DNA of 61,639 nucleotides, filler included, from Circinaria calcarea (lineage: Eukaryota): assembly GCA_051942165.1 (NCBI GenBank). It is 9 parts of 9 records of this genome, joined end to end, with 100 filler letters (N's around TTAATTAATTAA, not from the genome) between each part and the next. Parts side by side here need not be neighbours in the genome. Positions count along the whole stretch, not along the records: positions 1 to 6,769 come from JAVECS010001492.1; positions 6,870 to 13,634 come from JAVECS010001493.1; 7 more parts are not named here. One strand, given 5' to 3'. The position numbers were made by a program, and so were the translations under genes. The notes beneath the pieces are model-generated. The model did no database searches. It saw only the letters and a list, made by a program, of their open reading frames with translations, and was not told where the DNA came from. Positions 1-13,006 of the stretch are shown piece after piece. Position 1 is the stretch's first letter, and every line of letters starts with the position of its first letter.

Positions 1-213
1 GGGTTGGGGGGGGGAAGGGAAACTCGCCCCGTTGGTTGGCATTTCACGGTATTTATTTTAAAACAATGACTGTATTGGTATCTGAAAGGGATGGATAGAT
101 AGATTCTTCGAGATATATATTCATAACGGCGCCCCCGCCCCCACATTTTACCCGGATACAGATGCCAATGAAAACGTTTTGCCGGTACCCAGGCACCAGC
201 ACAGTCGTAGATA

Positions 214-2300
214 TCACCAAACAGAGGAAACGCCCCGAGTAAAAGTAGGAGATGGACACCCGGAGTTCCTTCCCCCCCCGAGACATCCGCCAAATACCCG
301 TAGTTTGTGGACTTCCCTCGCCGTTTTCCCTCTAGCGACCTTCCTGGCTCCAACGAAGTTCGTAAAGGGGTCTACTCGGAACTCCCGGTCCAGCGGTTTT
401 GCAAGGTCTGTGTTCTTATACCGCGAGTTTGAACCGGAAAATCTCTGCCCCTGTTTAAACATTTCATTCTGTCGGTATTGCACGACTTGGGCACGTATTT
501 CAGGTCGTACATTGCTAGGTTGTAAATCTCTCGGTCGTTCGAAAATCTTCAACTGTGAGGGGTGACGCGTCCTTATTTTAGTAAGACAGCTGCATAATGC
601 TAGACCGCAAATGTGGTGTAGTGGCCGTGAATGTTCGATGAAGTTTGTCAAGGATGCTAGTGCCCTCCGCTTCTGGCCCTCTTGGAGTTTGCCGTTGAAG
701 CTATTCTAGGATTTGTTAAACTTGGCGAGTTCTCGCTATTCGATGAACTGATCTCGTCTCTGGAACGGTCCGATCCAGCAGTTTCGACTTCTATCACGAT
801 CTTTGTTTGGTAAAAAGAGCGCCGGTCTACCGAACCATAGCGATTGCTCACTTATTCTCAGTATTACTGGCTGCACTATTCGCCTTTCGTATACAGCACG
901 CATTTTCATAATAGCTTCCGGATTTCTAAACGCCACCGCGCCGTCGATGTTCTTCTACAGACTGCCAATTTGTCCTAGTAGTAGGTACTTGAAGTCTGGA
1001 TCTTTACCCTAGCTGTTAGTGGCCATTACGCTCAAGTATCCGCGCAACCCTGATGGACCGTCGGCAAATAGAGTTCTGGAAAGAGCCTATATTCGGGGTA
1101 GCCATTTAGCGGTTAACATATTCCGGAGACGTACGGGAGACCTTATGTTGCATATGCTGTTTGTGGAACTCATCGACGTAGATAGAGTATGGCTCGAAGG
1201 GGATCATGGCGTCGTTTTGAAATTGGTCCCGCTCATCTTTGTTCAAAGAGGCTTGTTGGTTCGGGGAGACTTTGATATTCTGTATTTATTTCAGGCCTGT
1301 GAATCGTGCGAGTACTTGCGTGTTGTAACTTTCGAGGGTCGTGAAGAACACGCACTTATTGTGCAACCAATTTGAAAAGCCGTAGTCACTAATTATTAAC
1401 AATTCTGCATGTTCTTAACCCGAAATTCTCGAGCTCTTCCACTTTCTTGCCTGCTGCGGTTTATAGCAAATACGTGATGCTCATGCTCATCGTCCATCCC
1501 AGAAAGTCCTTTGCCAAGTTGAAAGGATCGTGCCCGGTGAATACGCGGTCCTACATGGCTTGTGGATGTTTTAAGATGTAGGTTTGTATTTTTCCATTCG
1601 AGTCGAAGAGATTCGCCTATGATGGCTTGTGCAGCGACAGAAGTTGAATGGCATCGCGTCACACCGAAGGACCGTGTCTGATATGAACCTGTCCAGTATA
1701 TTGCCCCTTTGGTTCATGTAATAGTTGGAGATACCTTTCATATTTCCTGTGAACTCTGTTTTTTACCCACTTCTATGGGGCAGCAGCGACCCGCAGAGTA
1801 TTGATAGCCGATAGGCCTTTGCACGATGTCCCAAATCTGCTTCGTCTCGGTTAAGGAGACCCTTTTCTTAAGAGTGAATCCACGTGGATACCTGATTATA
1901 CACACAATAAATCATCCACGTAGCCGGCTCAACCCAAGCATTCTAATTTCTTCGATCAGGATACTTCTTTTCATGACGCTGGTTGGATCTGAATGTTTCG
2001 GTAAAATTCCCTTATCGTTTTGATCTGTACTAAGTGTACCATGATACACCCATGGATGATCCATGTAGCGAGATCTAAGGCGAAGCGCTTTGGGAATCTA
2101 GCGAATGGACAGCTATACACATAGAGCCCATGTATAGTACAAAAGTGTTCATGGGATTCCGTTCCTGCTCTGAGGATTTGAAGCATTTAGACCTGGACAA
2201 AGGGATTCGGTGATGTTGTGCTACTCGGCCATATGAGCGCTGATTTCCTTCTCTTCCCAATCAAAGCCGCAGATCCAGGTTTAGTATGCCTTGCCATTAT
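214..2300 (-). pseudogene. Decayed coding relic of unknown family (possibly RIP-mutated)
   Basis: One minus-strand frame runs from ~1203 to 214 interrupted only by five TAG codons (1087, 1009, 955, 736, 706). Further protein-like segments with stops and frameshifts extend to ~2300. No family motif recognised; boundaries approximate. Confidence 0.4.
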
Positions 2301-4336
2301 CTTTCAATCACATTCCATTTCATGTCCGTAAGGGGAGAGTAGAAATAGCAGTGGAGGCTGATGTCTTTAATTGCAAGCTTTGTTTACATAGGATAACTGT
2401 GATCTTTTCGTGAAATTGAGGGGATCATATATATATGTAAGCCCCTGATTTAGAGAGAATATTCCATGTTTGACGGAAATAGTTTCTGACAGGATAGATT
2501 TTCTGATGAATTTGTATACATGAAATGACATGACACCAACATCAAATAGAATCTCCAACATAACACACACAGCATCAAAGTTTTTATAGTCAGCGGATAG
2601 TAGGTGAAATAAGCAGAGGACCTACTTCTTATCAACCATTCTTCACTTGAGCTAGGATAGGTTACGGAGAACCGCATGCGGCCTTTTTCCTTCCAACCTA
2701 TCCTTTCTCAGCCTCTTTCAGAAGCCTGCTGCTGACTTTGCTTGTTCCAGATGCTTTTTACCCACTTCATTAGACTGGATCGAGCTCCCGTTTGAATCAC
2801 CAAAAAGAAAAAAAGATACTCGACGGGGTCTGGTGCCAAGAAAGATTACTTGATTATACAGATCGAAAGATTGTCGTCAGCCTCAACCAACAGCTCTTAT
2901 TTACTCACCCGTCACTCCGTCTGGTTGTCGTTCTGCCTCGTTTCGTACGCGCCCAAGGAATCCTCTCATCACCTTTAGAAAACAAGCTTCTCGCGACCAG
3001 CTCTAGTACGGCTCTGCTTCTATGCTGGTGCCGACTGGTCATAACCAGCCCCCATCTTGCGCTTACGCTCTTGGCCAGTAGCGGAGATTAGCCTACCGCT
3101 GCTGCTTCCGTAGCACGTTGCAGATGTGTTGCTTTTTGGCTTAGTCTGGATTGCATACGTGACGAACGCACAGGTCGAATGCAGGATCAACCCTTTTTAA
3201 CCAAAGGCCGCAACACATGGTGACGGGGACGAAAGGTTACCGGTGGAATGTGGGCGTTTGTAACTGCACTGATCGGGTGGTGAGAGGGAAGGCTTCGTCA
3301 GGATCGATCTTACAGAGGTTCTCTGTCTGCAAGTGGAGAAGAAAATGTGTCAGGGTCGCAGTAGGAATGGGCTGGCCGAGGCGAGAGTCATGCTTCCCGG
3401 CCGCCGTTGGAATGATCTGGACTAAAAGTTGACTCGCACAAGGTCCGATGATTGTTCCTGACTGGGTGACAGACTCCGTTATCCCAGAGAGAGAGGCACA
3501 GGCCGAGTTGTTTGTTTGTTCTGTTCCTTGGCGCACGGGCCGGTAGCAAGTGTCAAACAGCGTCCTCCGTATGTGGAGAAGGATACCTGTATGTATTGAT
3601 CAATTGTACGCAGTAGCGGGCATAGGGTAATAATAGACGCGTTTGGCTAAACCGTTCGGCGAGCCCGAGAACCCAGTCACTCCTCACTCCTTTGCTTGGC
3701 TGTAGGGTGTGAGCAGTCGGAAGGGAAGTTTGGGGAAAGGTGGGAAAGACGGTCGCGCCCAATCACTTTCTGTCACCGTCGGTTGATAAGCCACCTCTGC
3801 AGAACCCCTCGGTGCCTCGAGTTTTTAGTTTCTTGCTTCCCGCTACCGCCATATTGCCGCAACTTCCGTGGTTGTTGTCCCTCGTTCACTCCCAGAGGAC
3901 GGCGACGACAACTGTCTGGCCCTATCGTTGACGGTCCACCAACGCCTCCATTTCACCCGCTCGAACACTCGCCATTTCGACGCTCGAGGACCGGCCACAG
4001 CGGCCTCGGCGCACGTTCCTGTCGCATTCGTACACACAGTCGCAACGGCTAACGCTGGAGTTCCTTGGCAATCGCGGCATTCCAATCTCCAGCTACCAGA
4101 GAGTTCTCCGAGGGGTGGGAATTGGAAGCAGAGAATGCACCGCAGAATGGCTACGGATCTTTCGCTGAATCCTTGGTAGGCTCTTTCGTTGGGCTCGATT
4201 TGCCCCTCAGAGTGCCCTCCAGGCCACGGTATCTGGAGGTGGAGTCTTATAACTTGAGCATTATTGATGCGAGTGGCCACGTACAGCGTCGTGTACAGCT
4301 ACCGCTTTCAAACCAACGAACCCAGGCGTCGACAAC

Positions 4337-6769
4337 ATGAACGGCTTTTACGGACGACAGTACTCGGGCGATGACCTGCATCGCCTTGCACAGGTCAATA
4401 GCCAGAATGCGATGATGAGTATGATGGTTCCCGGTGGTATGGGGGACACTGGCATGGCAGGCGGGCAAACACTCGACGAAATTATCACTCAGAACAACAA
4501 GGAAATCCAGCGCAGGCGGAGTTATCAGCAGCACTACAATCCCACATCCAATCCCACCGTTGACTCGAGGAGGTCATCTATGATGGAGTTTGGCGCGGGC
4601 CCGACTACGGAGCTAGAAGGCTTCCAGTTCGATCCAGCACCTACGCCTGTTCCCAACGGCCTCGTTCGAGGAGTCGGTATCGCACAGAGGAGGCTTGACA
4701 GCCAGAGAGCACGCAGACGACAGTCTGGTGATGGTTTGGCCTTGAATACGCAGTTTCAAACCATTGGATCTGGCTTCAATGGGATCACGCAGTCGCCGGT
4801 CTATCACCACTCACTTAATCCAGCCGATCCCCTAGATTTAGATGTTGCCGGCACCTACCTGCCACAGAGCATGGGAATAGACATGGACTACTCCACATCG
4901 AGACTCGATCCTGATTCTAGTGGGGATATCATGCCTATGAATATATACTCCCAGGCCAGTTTCGCGTCACCTTTGACGACCTCCCCAGTCCATCAACATA
5001 TTCCCGGTTCAATACAGGGTCCAGCCCAAGACCCTGGCGGGGGTACAATGATGAACGGTGAGGAACAAGACATGATGGATAAGATGCCGAACATGAACAT
5101 GTCAGATCCGCTGCAGAACATCCAGAGTGGCCCGACTGCCCAGAGCGGTCAAATGTCAGGATCTGCCCCGGCAAGACCCCTATCTGACTTTGCTCAGTCG
5201 ACAGATCAACAACAGGTTGCTAACCATGACACTCCAGCGTTTGGCAGGAATACTTTTTCCACTGCTGATCCTTTGCCCAACTGCAATCATCAAAACCATG
5301 CAAGTATCCCGCAGTATCGAAATGTTTACTCTTCCAGTGGCTTTGATATGCTCGGTGTTCTCACGGGGGTAGCCAGACGTCCAAAGCCGCAGATAAATAT
5401 AGGCGCAGTGGATATGTCCTGCGCTTTTGTTGTCTGTGACGTTACTCAATATGATCTCCCTATCGTCTACTGCTCCGACGTCTTCGAGCGCCTTACTGGC
5501 TATACTAAGCATGAGATACTAGGTAGGAATTGCCGCTTCCTGCAAGCCCCAGATGGAAAGGTACAGTCTGGCGTAAAGCGCAAGTATGTCGATGACCAGG
5601 CAGTGTTACATCTCAAGAACATGATCAACCAGCGGCAGGAAGCCCAGATTAGTCTGATCAACTACCGGAAAGGCGGTCAGCCATTCATGAACCTTCTCAC
5701 CATGATTCCAATCACATATGATAGCGATGAAATCAAATACTTTGTGGGATTTCAAGTTGACCTGGTGGAGCAGCCAACATCTATTACCAACAAGAATCCA
5801 GGTACATAGTCTCCAGTGCTACCAGGAGTTCACTGACTGACTCTCGCAGATGGCTCCTATGCTATCAACTACCAACGCGGTTTACTACCGAGATACGTGT
5901 TTAACACTCCGGAGTCTAACGTCCATAGAGATACAGAGCTGGGACAGACAATCGGCCGTGACGAGGTCTCTACTGTTCTGAGCACCATAGGAACAGGTGA
6001 ATCCGAGCTATCCAAGCGGATATGGGACAAAGTACTTCTGGAGAACACAGATGATGTCGTTCACGTGCTATCGTTAAAGGGACTTTTCCTATACTTATCG
6101 CCCTCAAGTCGGAAGGTACTTGAGTATGATCCACATGAGTTGGTTGGTACAGCTTTGTCGTCCGTATGCCATCCTAGTGACATTGTTCCGGTCACGCGAG
6201 AGCTGAAAGATACTTCGACCGGAGCTGCCGTGAATGTAGTTTTCAGAATCCGGCGGAAACACAGTGGCTATACCTGGTTTGAAAGTCATGGCTCACTCCA
6301 CACAGAGCAAGGCAAAGGCAAAAAGTGTATCATCTTAGTTGGCCGACAACGACCGGTTTACGCATTGGCGCGCAAAGACATTGTTGCCGCGGGTGGAATC
6401 GGAGAAAGTGAGTTATGGACAAAGATGTCAACTTCTGGCATGTTTTTGTTCGTATCGTCAAACGTGAGGATATTGTTGGACCGGCAACCTAGCGAACTGG
6501 TGGGCTCCAGCGCCCAGGCGTTGATGCGGTCGGAGTCGAAGATTGAATTTGGCCGTATGCTCGAACGCGCTCGTACTGGTCTCCGAGCCACGTTCAAGCA
6601 TGAAGTACATAACAAAAGGGGGCAAACCCTACACGCGCAAACCACCATCTATCCAGGCGATGCAGACGAAGGTCAGAAGCCGACATTTCTTGTTGCGCAG
6701 ACCAGATTGCTCAAGCTCTCCCGAAACACCTCTTCCACCAACAAGCAAGGCTCTGGAGGCCTCAGCAAG
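4337..6769 (+). CDS. wc-1: White collar-1 blue-light receptor (LOV-PAS-PAS), 3' end truncated by contig end
   Basis: YSSSGFDMLGVL...INIGAVDMSCAFVV, LOV motif GRNCRFLQ with the photoactive Cys, PAS-B LLENTDDVVHVLSLKGLFLYLSP, PAS-C ELWTKMSTSGMFLFVS. Intron 5802-5849 restores NPDGSYAINYQRG. GATA finger would lie beyond the contig end. Confidence 0.96.
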
Positions 6770-6869
6770 NNNNNNNNNNNNNNNNNNNNNNNNNNNNNNN
6801 NNNNNNNNNNNNNTTAATTAATTAANNNNNNNNNNNNNNNNNNNNNNNNNNNNNNNNNNNNNNNNNNNN
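6770..6869. other. Artificial contig-joining spacer
   Basis: N44-TTAATTAATTAA-N44; the 12-mer gives stops in all six frames. Confidence 0.99.
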
Positions 6870-7193
6870 GGTGCGGCTTTGGCCTGGCCAGGGGGTTTCC
6901 TTGGAGGCATTTTGAAGAAGATAATCACCAAGTGAGGCGCAGGCAGGTAGCTAATGAGGAGCAGCAGAAAAGAAGAGCATAACAAGGGGTTTTCAAAAGC
7001 AAATTCGGAAACAGCAGTAAAATTATATATATAACTTATAGTCTAGGGGGATAGCTGAGATATAGAAAGCAAAATGCGGGCAACTAGCGTAGTTTCCCCG
7101 CCTCCTTCTCCGCGCGATCCAACCATAATATTCGCCTCTTTTTCGCGCTTTCGGCGCAGCCGGTTTTTCACCCTATCGTTCTAAAAGCAGTAT

Positions 7194-8492
7194 TCAAATT
7201 TTTGAACATAGTTCTTGGCGTCGGATTCCAAGTTTGTTATCCAGAAAGCGGAAAGTATACTCATTGCTAAGATCGATTGCGCCGATCTTTGCCTGCAAAG
7301 CGCCATCGGCCGGCGTTGTAGCCATCCATAGCTGCTTATCACATTCGTCAATGTGCCTTAAGCCGTTCCAAACCTGCGTGGTATGGGCTTCTATACTCAG
7401 ATAGATAGACTTATCGGCGCCAGAGATGAGAACGGGACATTTGACCCGATCCAGAAAGCTGCTGCCGTCTTTAAGTCGGAGGGTGTACTTTTTCATTTCG
7501 AGCAGGATGTCTGTCGGCCTGTCGAGTTGCCAGAATGCTCCGGCCACGGAGACCTCCCACTTGAGTTGGAAAGTAAATCGGGCCATCAGCCCGATGATTT
7601 TGTCAACCATTCCATTGCTTAGCCACCCGCCCATCCATGCGCTCATGAATGCTGGTGATATGTGGGCAGTGGCAAAGTCCCACATGTCGTACAGAGGGTC
7701 GATGGACACACAGACCTTGATGCGCGGATCCGATGCCGCCCGGAGGGCGTAGTAGCCGCCCATTGCCGACCCTGAAACTGCTAGTCGGTTCACATCGAGC
7801 TCTAGCTCGGGATGCTCCTTTGAGTAGGTGAAGACGTGGTCGATGACCTTTGATGTAACGACCTCCCAATCCGGTCGCATCTTCAACCGGGACTTTCTCA
7901 ATGACATGCCCTGACCGGGCCCGTCCACAGTGACGCAAGCATAACCAAGGTCCGGGCCCACGGATGGATTCAGGAAGTAAAGTTCTTCTTGGATCGAGTC
8001 TCCGCCGCCACAGTTGAGGAGAATAGGAATTTGGCCCGGGAGTCTTTTCGAGGCCGGAGGTAGATAGAGGTAGGCGGTAAGTTTATGCTCTCCTTCGTAG
8101 GGGATTTCCAGAAAATGAACGTCGCCCTCGAGGAGTCTAATTCCTTTTCTAAACAGCTCGCTGACCTTTTCTGCAATAGGAAGGCTTCGCGGATCTTGTT
8201 GAGAAGGTATTGCTCCGACGAACATGTATCCACTGGCGCGAGTGTAATTGGCCGCGCGGAGATATGCTCGTCGCGCGAGTTTCACATTCCCAGCTTTGAT
8301 GCACCTCTGCGCAGTGGCCTCCGCCCTATCTGCTTGTTCTTGCCACGCGCGATGCCAACTTTCAGGGTCGCCTTCTTTGATCTGGCCTACGGCTTCCAGG
8401 ACCTCGCATAAGTCCGCACCACCGTTTGGGGCTGTACCAAGTATGCGAAGGGTCTCAAAATTGAACCATATTCCTTTGAAAAATTGATGCAT
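7194..8492 (-). CDS. Alpha/beta-hydrolase-fold protein, CcsE/PoxO-like (FrsA/esterase superfamily)
   Basis: Intronless ORF from ATG 8492: MHQFFKGIWFNFETLRILGTAPNGGAD...GDPESWHRAW, YLRAANYTRAS, GGDSIQEELYF, DGPGQG...MRPDWEVV, GSAMGGYYALRAASDPRI, GALQAKIGA. Confidence 0.8.
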   Translation of the reverse strand: MHQFFKGIWFNFETLRILGTAPNGGADLCEVLEAVGQIKEGDPESWHRAWQEQADRAEATAQRCIKAGNVKLARRAYLRAANYTRASGYMFVGAIPSQQDPRSLPIAEKVSELFRKGIRLLEGDVHFLEIPYEGEHKLTAYLYLPPASKRLPGQIPILLNCGGGDSIQEELYFLNPSVGPDLGYACVTVDGPGQGMSLRKSRLKMRPDWEVVTSKVIDHVFTYSKEHPELELDVNRLAVSGSAMGGYYALRAASDPRIKVCVSIDPLYDMWDFATAHISPAFMSAWMGGWLSNGMVDKIIGLMARFTFQLKWEVSVAGAFWQLDRPTDILLEMKKYTLRLKDGSSFLDRVKCPVLISGADKSIYLSIEAHTTQVWNGLRHIDECDKQLWMATTPADGALQAKIGAIDLSNEYTFRFLDNKLGIRRQELCSKI

Positions 8493-9570
8493 GGTTGAGA
8501 TCACATGGATTGGCGACCTAAAAGTAAAAGGAGCGGTGAAAGAGCAGCTATAACAGACTCTACCCCATACTTTTATTCACCTTTTTCCTTTAATTGGTTA
8601 ACGGGGGTAACATTCGTTTCTATCGGAGTCCGGTGCATTGGCTTCGAGACCGATTCGGATTCGGAGGCCGAATTAGAGGTTCGCGGCCGGGAGTTGATTA
8701 CTAAATTAAATCAAAAAGGGAGCTCGGGGATCTATATCGCCAGCTAATTATTGTAGCAATTTTCATTACCGTGTCCATCAATATCAAGTTAAATTATTGG
8801 CAGCCCGATCTATCGTGTCACCATGTACTGGGAGTACTGAGTACGGAGTACGGAGTACCGCATCTGGATTAACTGTGGCCCGCCCGGCTCTCCCGGCCCG
8901 ATCTTCCCTTCGCCTAGCCCCAACTAATCCCAACTAGCCTAGCCCCCTGCATCCCACACAAAGCCAAACCTCTCTCCTTCTTCCTTCTTCTCTTCTCTTT
9001 TCTCCCCACGAACAACGCAAAAAACCAACCATCTCCAAAAAGCATTTCCCGTGTCTCTCTCTCTGTGTCTCACAGGGAAGAACCCATAGCATGCGGAAAC
9101 CGTCCGTCCGAGAATGGGAGAATTGAAAAACACTTTTTTCGCAGCGGATCTTGGGTGCGGCGCTCCTTCTTGGAGTTCCCTTTTCTTTCGCTTTTTTTTT
9201 CGTTCTGTCAGCTTGTTGACTGGGACGGATTGGAAGGGGAGGAATTTGGGAATGTGGGTGAGGAGGGTCGCAGTGATTGGCTGTACATGATAATCGTTGC
9301 CCTTTCCTTTAAATAATGATAGTTTGGTTCTTTTCTTTCTGGAGAAGGGGGGCTTGTAGTAAAGGTTGAGCTGGAAGGGCATTCTTCTAGTATCGGAACT
9401 TGGTTTAGAGTTGCTGATTTTTCTTCCGCTGGGCCGTGGACTTTTCAACACCCGCATAATAAAATAGTCAAATGTTTGCGGTACAATAAACATACGTTCT
9501 ACAATTGATCAGACACTGCAAGGTATAGCTTGAATGCAAGCTGAGTGGTGATGATCTATAATAGAGAGTA

Positions 9571-10784
9571 CTACGATATACTTTTCCGCCTTCCAAGCTT
9601 TCCCAGAGCAAGCCGTCGCCCTATGTTTCCGAAACATACGCAACTGCAAAACAAAACGCTGGCAATCCATGTCGATACTCCGATACTTTCATTCGAGATC
9701 AGTCCATCAGCTATAACCCTCTCATACGATATGTTGGGAGCATTAGCCTTGGGTGAAGGTGTGGCTGGTGGAGGTACCATATCCGGATTAACTCCAAGCA
9801 GAAGGGCGGTCCCAGTAATGCCAACAACAGCAGAGAGGATGAAACCTGGCTTCGAGCGATCGATGAGGTACCACAGCACGGGGTTAACAAGTGCTAAGGT
9901 CAGAGAAACCTGTAACGTAGACTGCCACGGGAGCCTCCGCTGCACCCAATGTCAGATATGATCGGGAGGAGGTCGATGGGTTGACTTACGATAGCAAAAG
10001 CAATCCCAACAAAAGCCCCAACACTGCGAACAACCGGATTCCAGTCTGCTCCCAAGCCGCTTTCGGCCCTCGAGGAAGGTGTGACTTCGTCCTCATCTTT
10101 TGACTCTGAAGGTCCCAGATCTTCCGTTGGTAACTCCTCCAGACCATCAAAGTCATCGTCTCCCAAAGCCTTCTCCCAACGCACATCCACCCAAGGCAGT
10201 AAAGTTCCCAGGCCGACGCCTGCAATCCCCCAGAATATCAAATACCGCCAGGAAAAACGATCGATCCCCTCAACTTTCACCGGTGCCAACCGCTGATCGT
10301 CATGTAGATGCGTGACTATTACACCATAAGCCACACCAAAGATGAATAACAACGCCGTCCTCGATGCTGCCGTAGCAATAGTCTCTGTGATTTTTATATG
10401 CCCACGCGACTGTGTCTTCTGTGGCCATTGTTGCTTCTGAATTCCCGTTACCAAGGGCCTTTGGTCGTCAACGCTCGCACGAAGGCAACTTGGTGTCGGT
10501 GGGCTCTGGGGAGTTACGGTACCGGTGCCCCAGGGCGTATTAATGTCTTCACGGGATCCGTCATTCTCGGTAGGTGAGTAGATTCCGAATAGGGTAGAGG
10601 ATGTCAAATTCAGGATCGAACGCGTTCGATTGGGGGGAATTCCTCCATTGAATCTGCCATCACGCGAGTCTGGTTGATTGCTTTCGTTGTCCGGAGAAAG
10701 TGGTGAGGAAGGCTCTGTGGACGCGGGAGTGACTTCGAAGGATCGTCGAGGTAGAGGACGTAAGAGTGGCGGGCCGTAACTCAT
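9571..10784 (-). CDS. INSIG-domain (Nsg1/Nsg2-like) ER membrane protein
   Basis: SILNLTSSTLFGIY, LLFIFGVAYGVIVTHLHD, WNPVVRSVGAFVGIAFAI|RRLPWQSTLQVSLTLALVNPVLWYLIDRS, TWIASVLFCSCVCFGNIGRRL; intron 9989-9940. Confidence 0.9.
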
Positions 10785-13006
10785 TTTGAGGTGTTTTCAA
10801 TGGCTGGAGAAGAGCGTCAATGGATTTGGCCAAGTGTATGAAGAGTTCCCCTCACGCTGTTGGTTCCATGCACCAGAGGATAGATCCGAAGATTGTAATT
10901 CAAGGTTCAATGGTCCGAATGGGGAAGAGGAAATTTGTGTTTGGGATGAGAGCATTGCTCAATATGGATAGAGGTGATGGGAACAAAATAACTGAGAGGA
11001 AAAGTCACACGATGATCCCGCTGGCAATGCCTCTGTTTATCAAAAAATGAAAAAGGGCAAAAGCATGTGAAATTTGAGATCGACGACCGGGACCGGGGAG
11101 ACACCTCGGACAGGGCCACAGCATAATAGCTGCTAGCGCAGAGCTAGTAGATCATTACTTTACATGGCAGAATTTCCATAGTGCGTGGAGAATGTATGTC
11201 ATATTTAGAATTTTGTATGCATGCCATTAGCATCAATTATTACTTGACAGCGTGCTCGCATCGATTTAATTAAGTCACGTAAATGCTCTTCTGTGAAAAA
11301 TTCCCAGGCCTCCCTTACTGCTTTTCTTAACGGTGGAAGCTCCATTACTAGAAGAATAAGGGTGAGTAGAGTGATGATTAAACAGCCAGCATGGCGCGCA
11401 GCATAGCACGCAGAAAAAATACGTAAATTAACAAGAAGCTCAGAATTGTGACGAAACTTTGGGCAGGGGATTTAGCGCCACGCTAGCAATAAATATGCCT
11501 GTCTACCAGTATATCGATTGATCTTGCTGAACAAGCAGTGTCACATACATTATGGTGACTGAGTTCACTGTCTCGGCTTATCGTTGGCTGATTTGCGAAA
11601 CGAGGTTGGGGCTTGCATTTCCTCTGTCTTTGATAAGATTGATAGCATCTAGAATATTAGAGCTATCCCTCAGGAGTTGTTCGCGTCGAAATCTCTCGGA
11701 TATTCTCTGATCAAGATGCCCCCAATCTCTACATTCTTTACTTGAAGTACGCCAGGGTAATCTGTTTCAGCTTTCGCCTCAAGGGAACTGGGAAAATTTG
11801 AATCCACCCCAGAAACCAGCAGCAATGGTTTAGAAGGTGGACTGTTGTCTTAGAAATTGTGCATTGGGATTGCCGGGCCACATCGCTCTCCGATACGCGT
11901 CCAATTTTCGAGCATCTGTTGAGGAGTGGCAGCCAGCCTCAGAGGCTCCGGGAGGTCGCCAAGCTTTCAGACCTGTCCGCCCAGCATGTTCTCTTATGGG
12001 ACACGTTCTTTGAGCGAGCGTGGAATCTTATATCAAATAAGACTCTTAACGTCCACTTCAGAGCAACTCCAATACTACGCTATACAGACAGACAGCGAGG
12101 GGCGAAATCGAGAGAAAGGATTCCAAGAGCCCTAACCAAGCATCTCAGAGCTTCTGTGAATAGTGAAAGAAGGTTTGTTGGAGGGACTGCGGGGCCAGTG
12201 AGGTCGGTGACTATATGTAAACCTTTCCATGTAAATAATAGGTGATAGGTGAGCAAGGCTGTGTTAGTTACTCTGTATCGGCAATGCTTTTTTTTTTGTG
12301 GTTAAAGTCTTTGGTGTGGAATTGAAGTCAAAACCACCCTTTTGAAGCAATTGAAGAGTTCATGCTACCGTTAGCTACCTATGCATTCGCCAGTTCAAGT
12401 TTCATACGGAAATCGGATCGAGTCAAAGGCTAGAGAAGTGGAGGTTTGCTAAGTATGGTCATGGGTCACATGATTTCACCGAAAGTTGTGTCTACAAGGG
12501 AATACATGTAGCCCAGAAGGCAAAAATAGAATCCAGCTTTTGAAATCCATGCTATAAGAGCTTTAGTGAGAAGTTGGTGAATCCACGTAAGCGTCGTCAC
12601 TCATTTAGTAGAAATAGAGAAGTCGGTATTATCTTCACGCCTGCTCTAGAGGCAAGTTGGCAAGCAAAGAAGCCAAGAAGTACCATGGTCTCTGAAGTCG
12701 AGTTCAATCTCTATTACCATTTACATGTTCTGCTCCATCTCATCTCCTTGAAGAACAGGTCCCCAACCACCATCATTGCAACTCCGGCGGACCGAAGCGA
12801 CCAAATTGGCAACACTACAATCTGCGATTTCTTAAATAAACTCCAAGTCTCCAACGACCAACCCATACCAGCTCAACCTCACCTTCCTTTTCCCTGCCAC
12901 TCACTTAGTGATCATTTGAAGTTGTACCCTCTGCCTCTTCCTCTCGCCGGGCCCTTGCAAGTTACGACACCTCAACCCATGATCACGGTCCGATAAAACT
13001 GCAATC

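Noticed and set aside
8826..8860. Short tandem GAGTAC(G/T)G repeats upstream of the hydrolase
   Set aside because: Only a few degenerate units of a common fungal intergenic repeat; no specific function can be assigned.
8939..9493. 184-aa Lys/Arg-rich ORF
   Set aside because: Arises from low-complexity purine/pyrimidine tracts downstream of INSIG; no protein motif.
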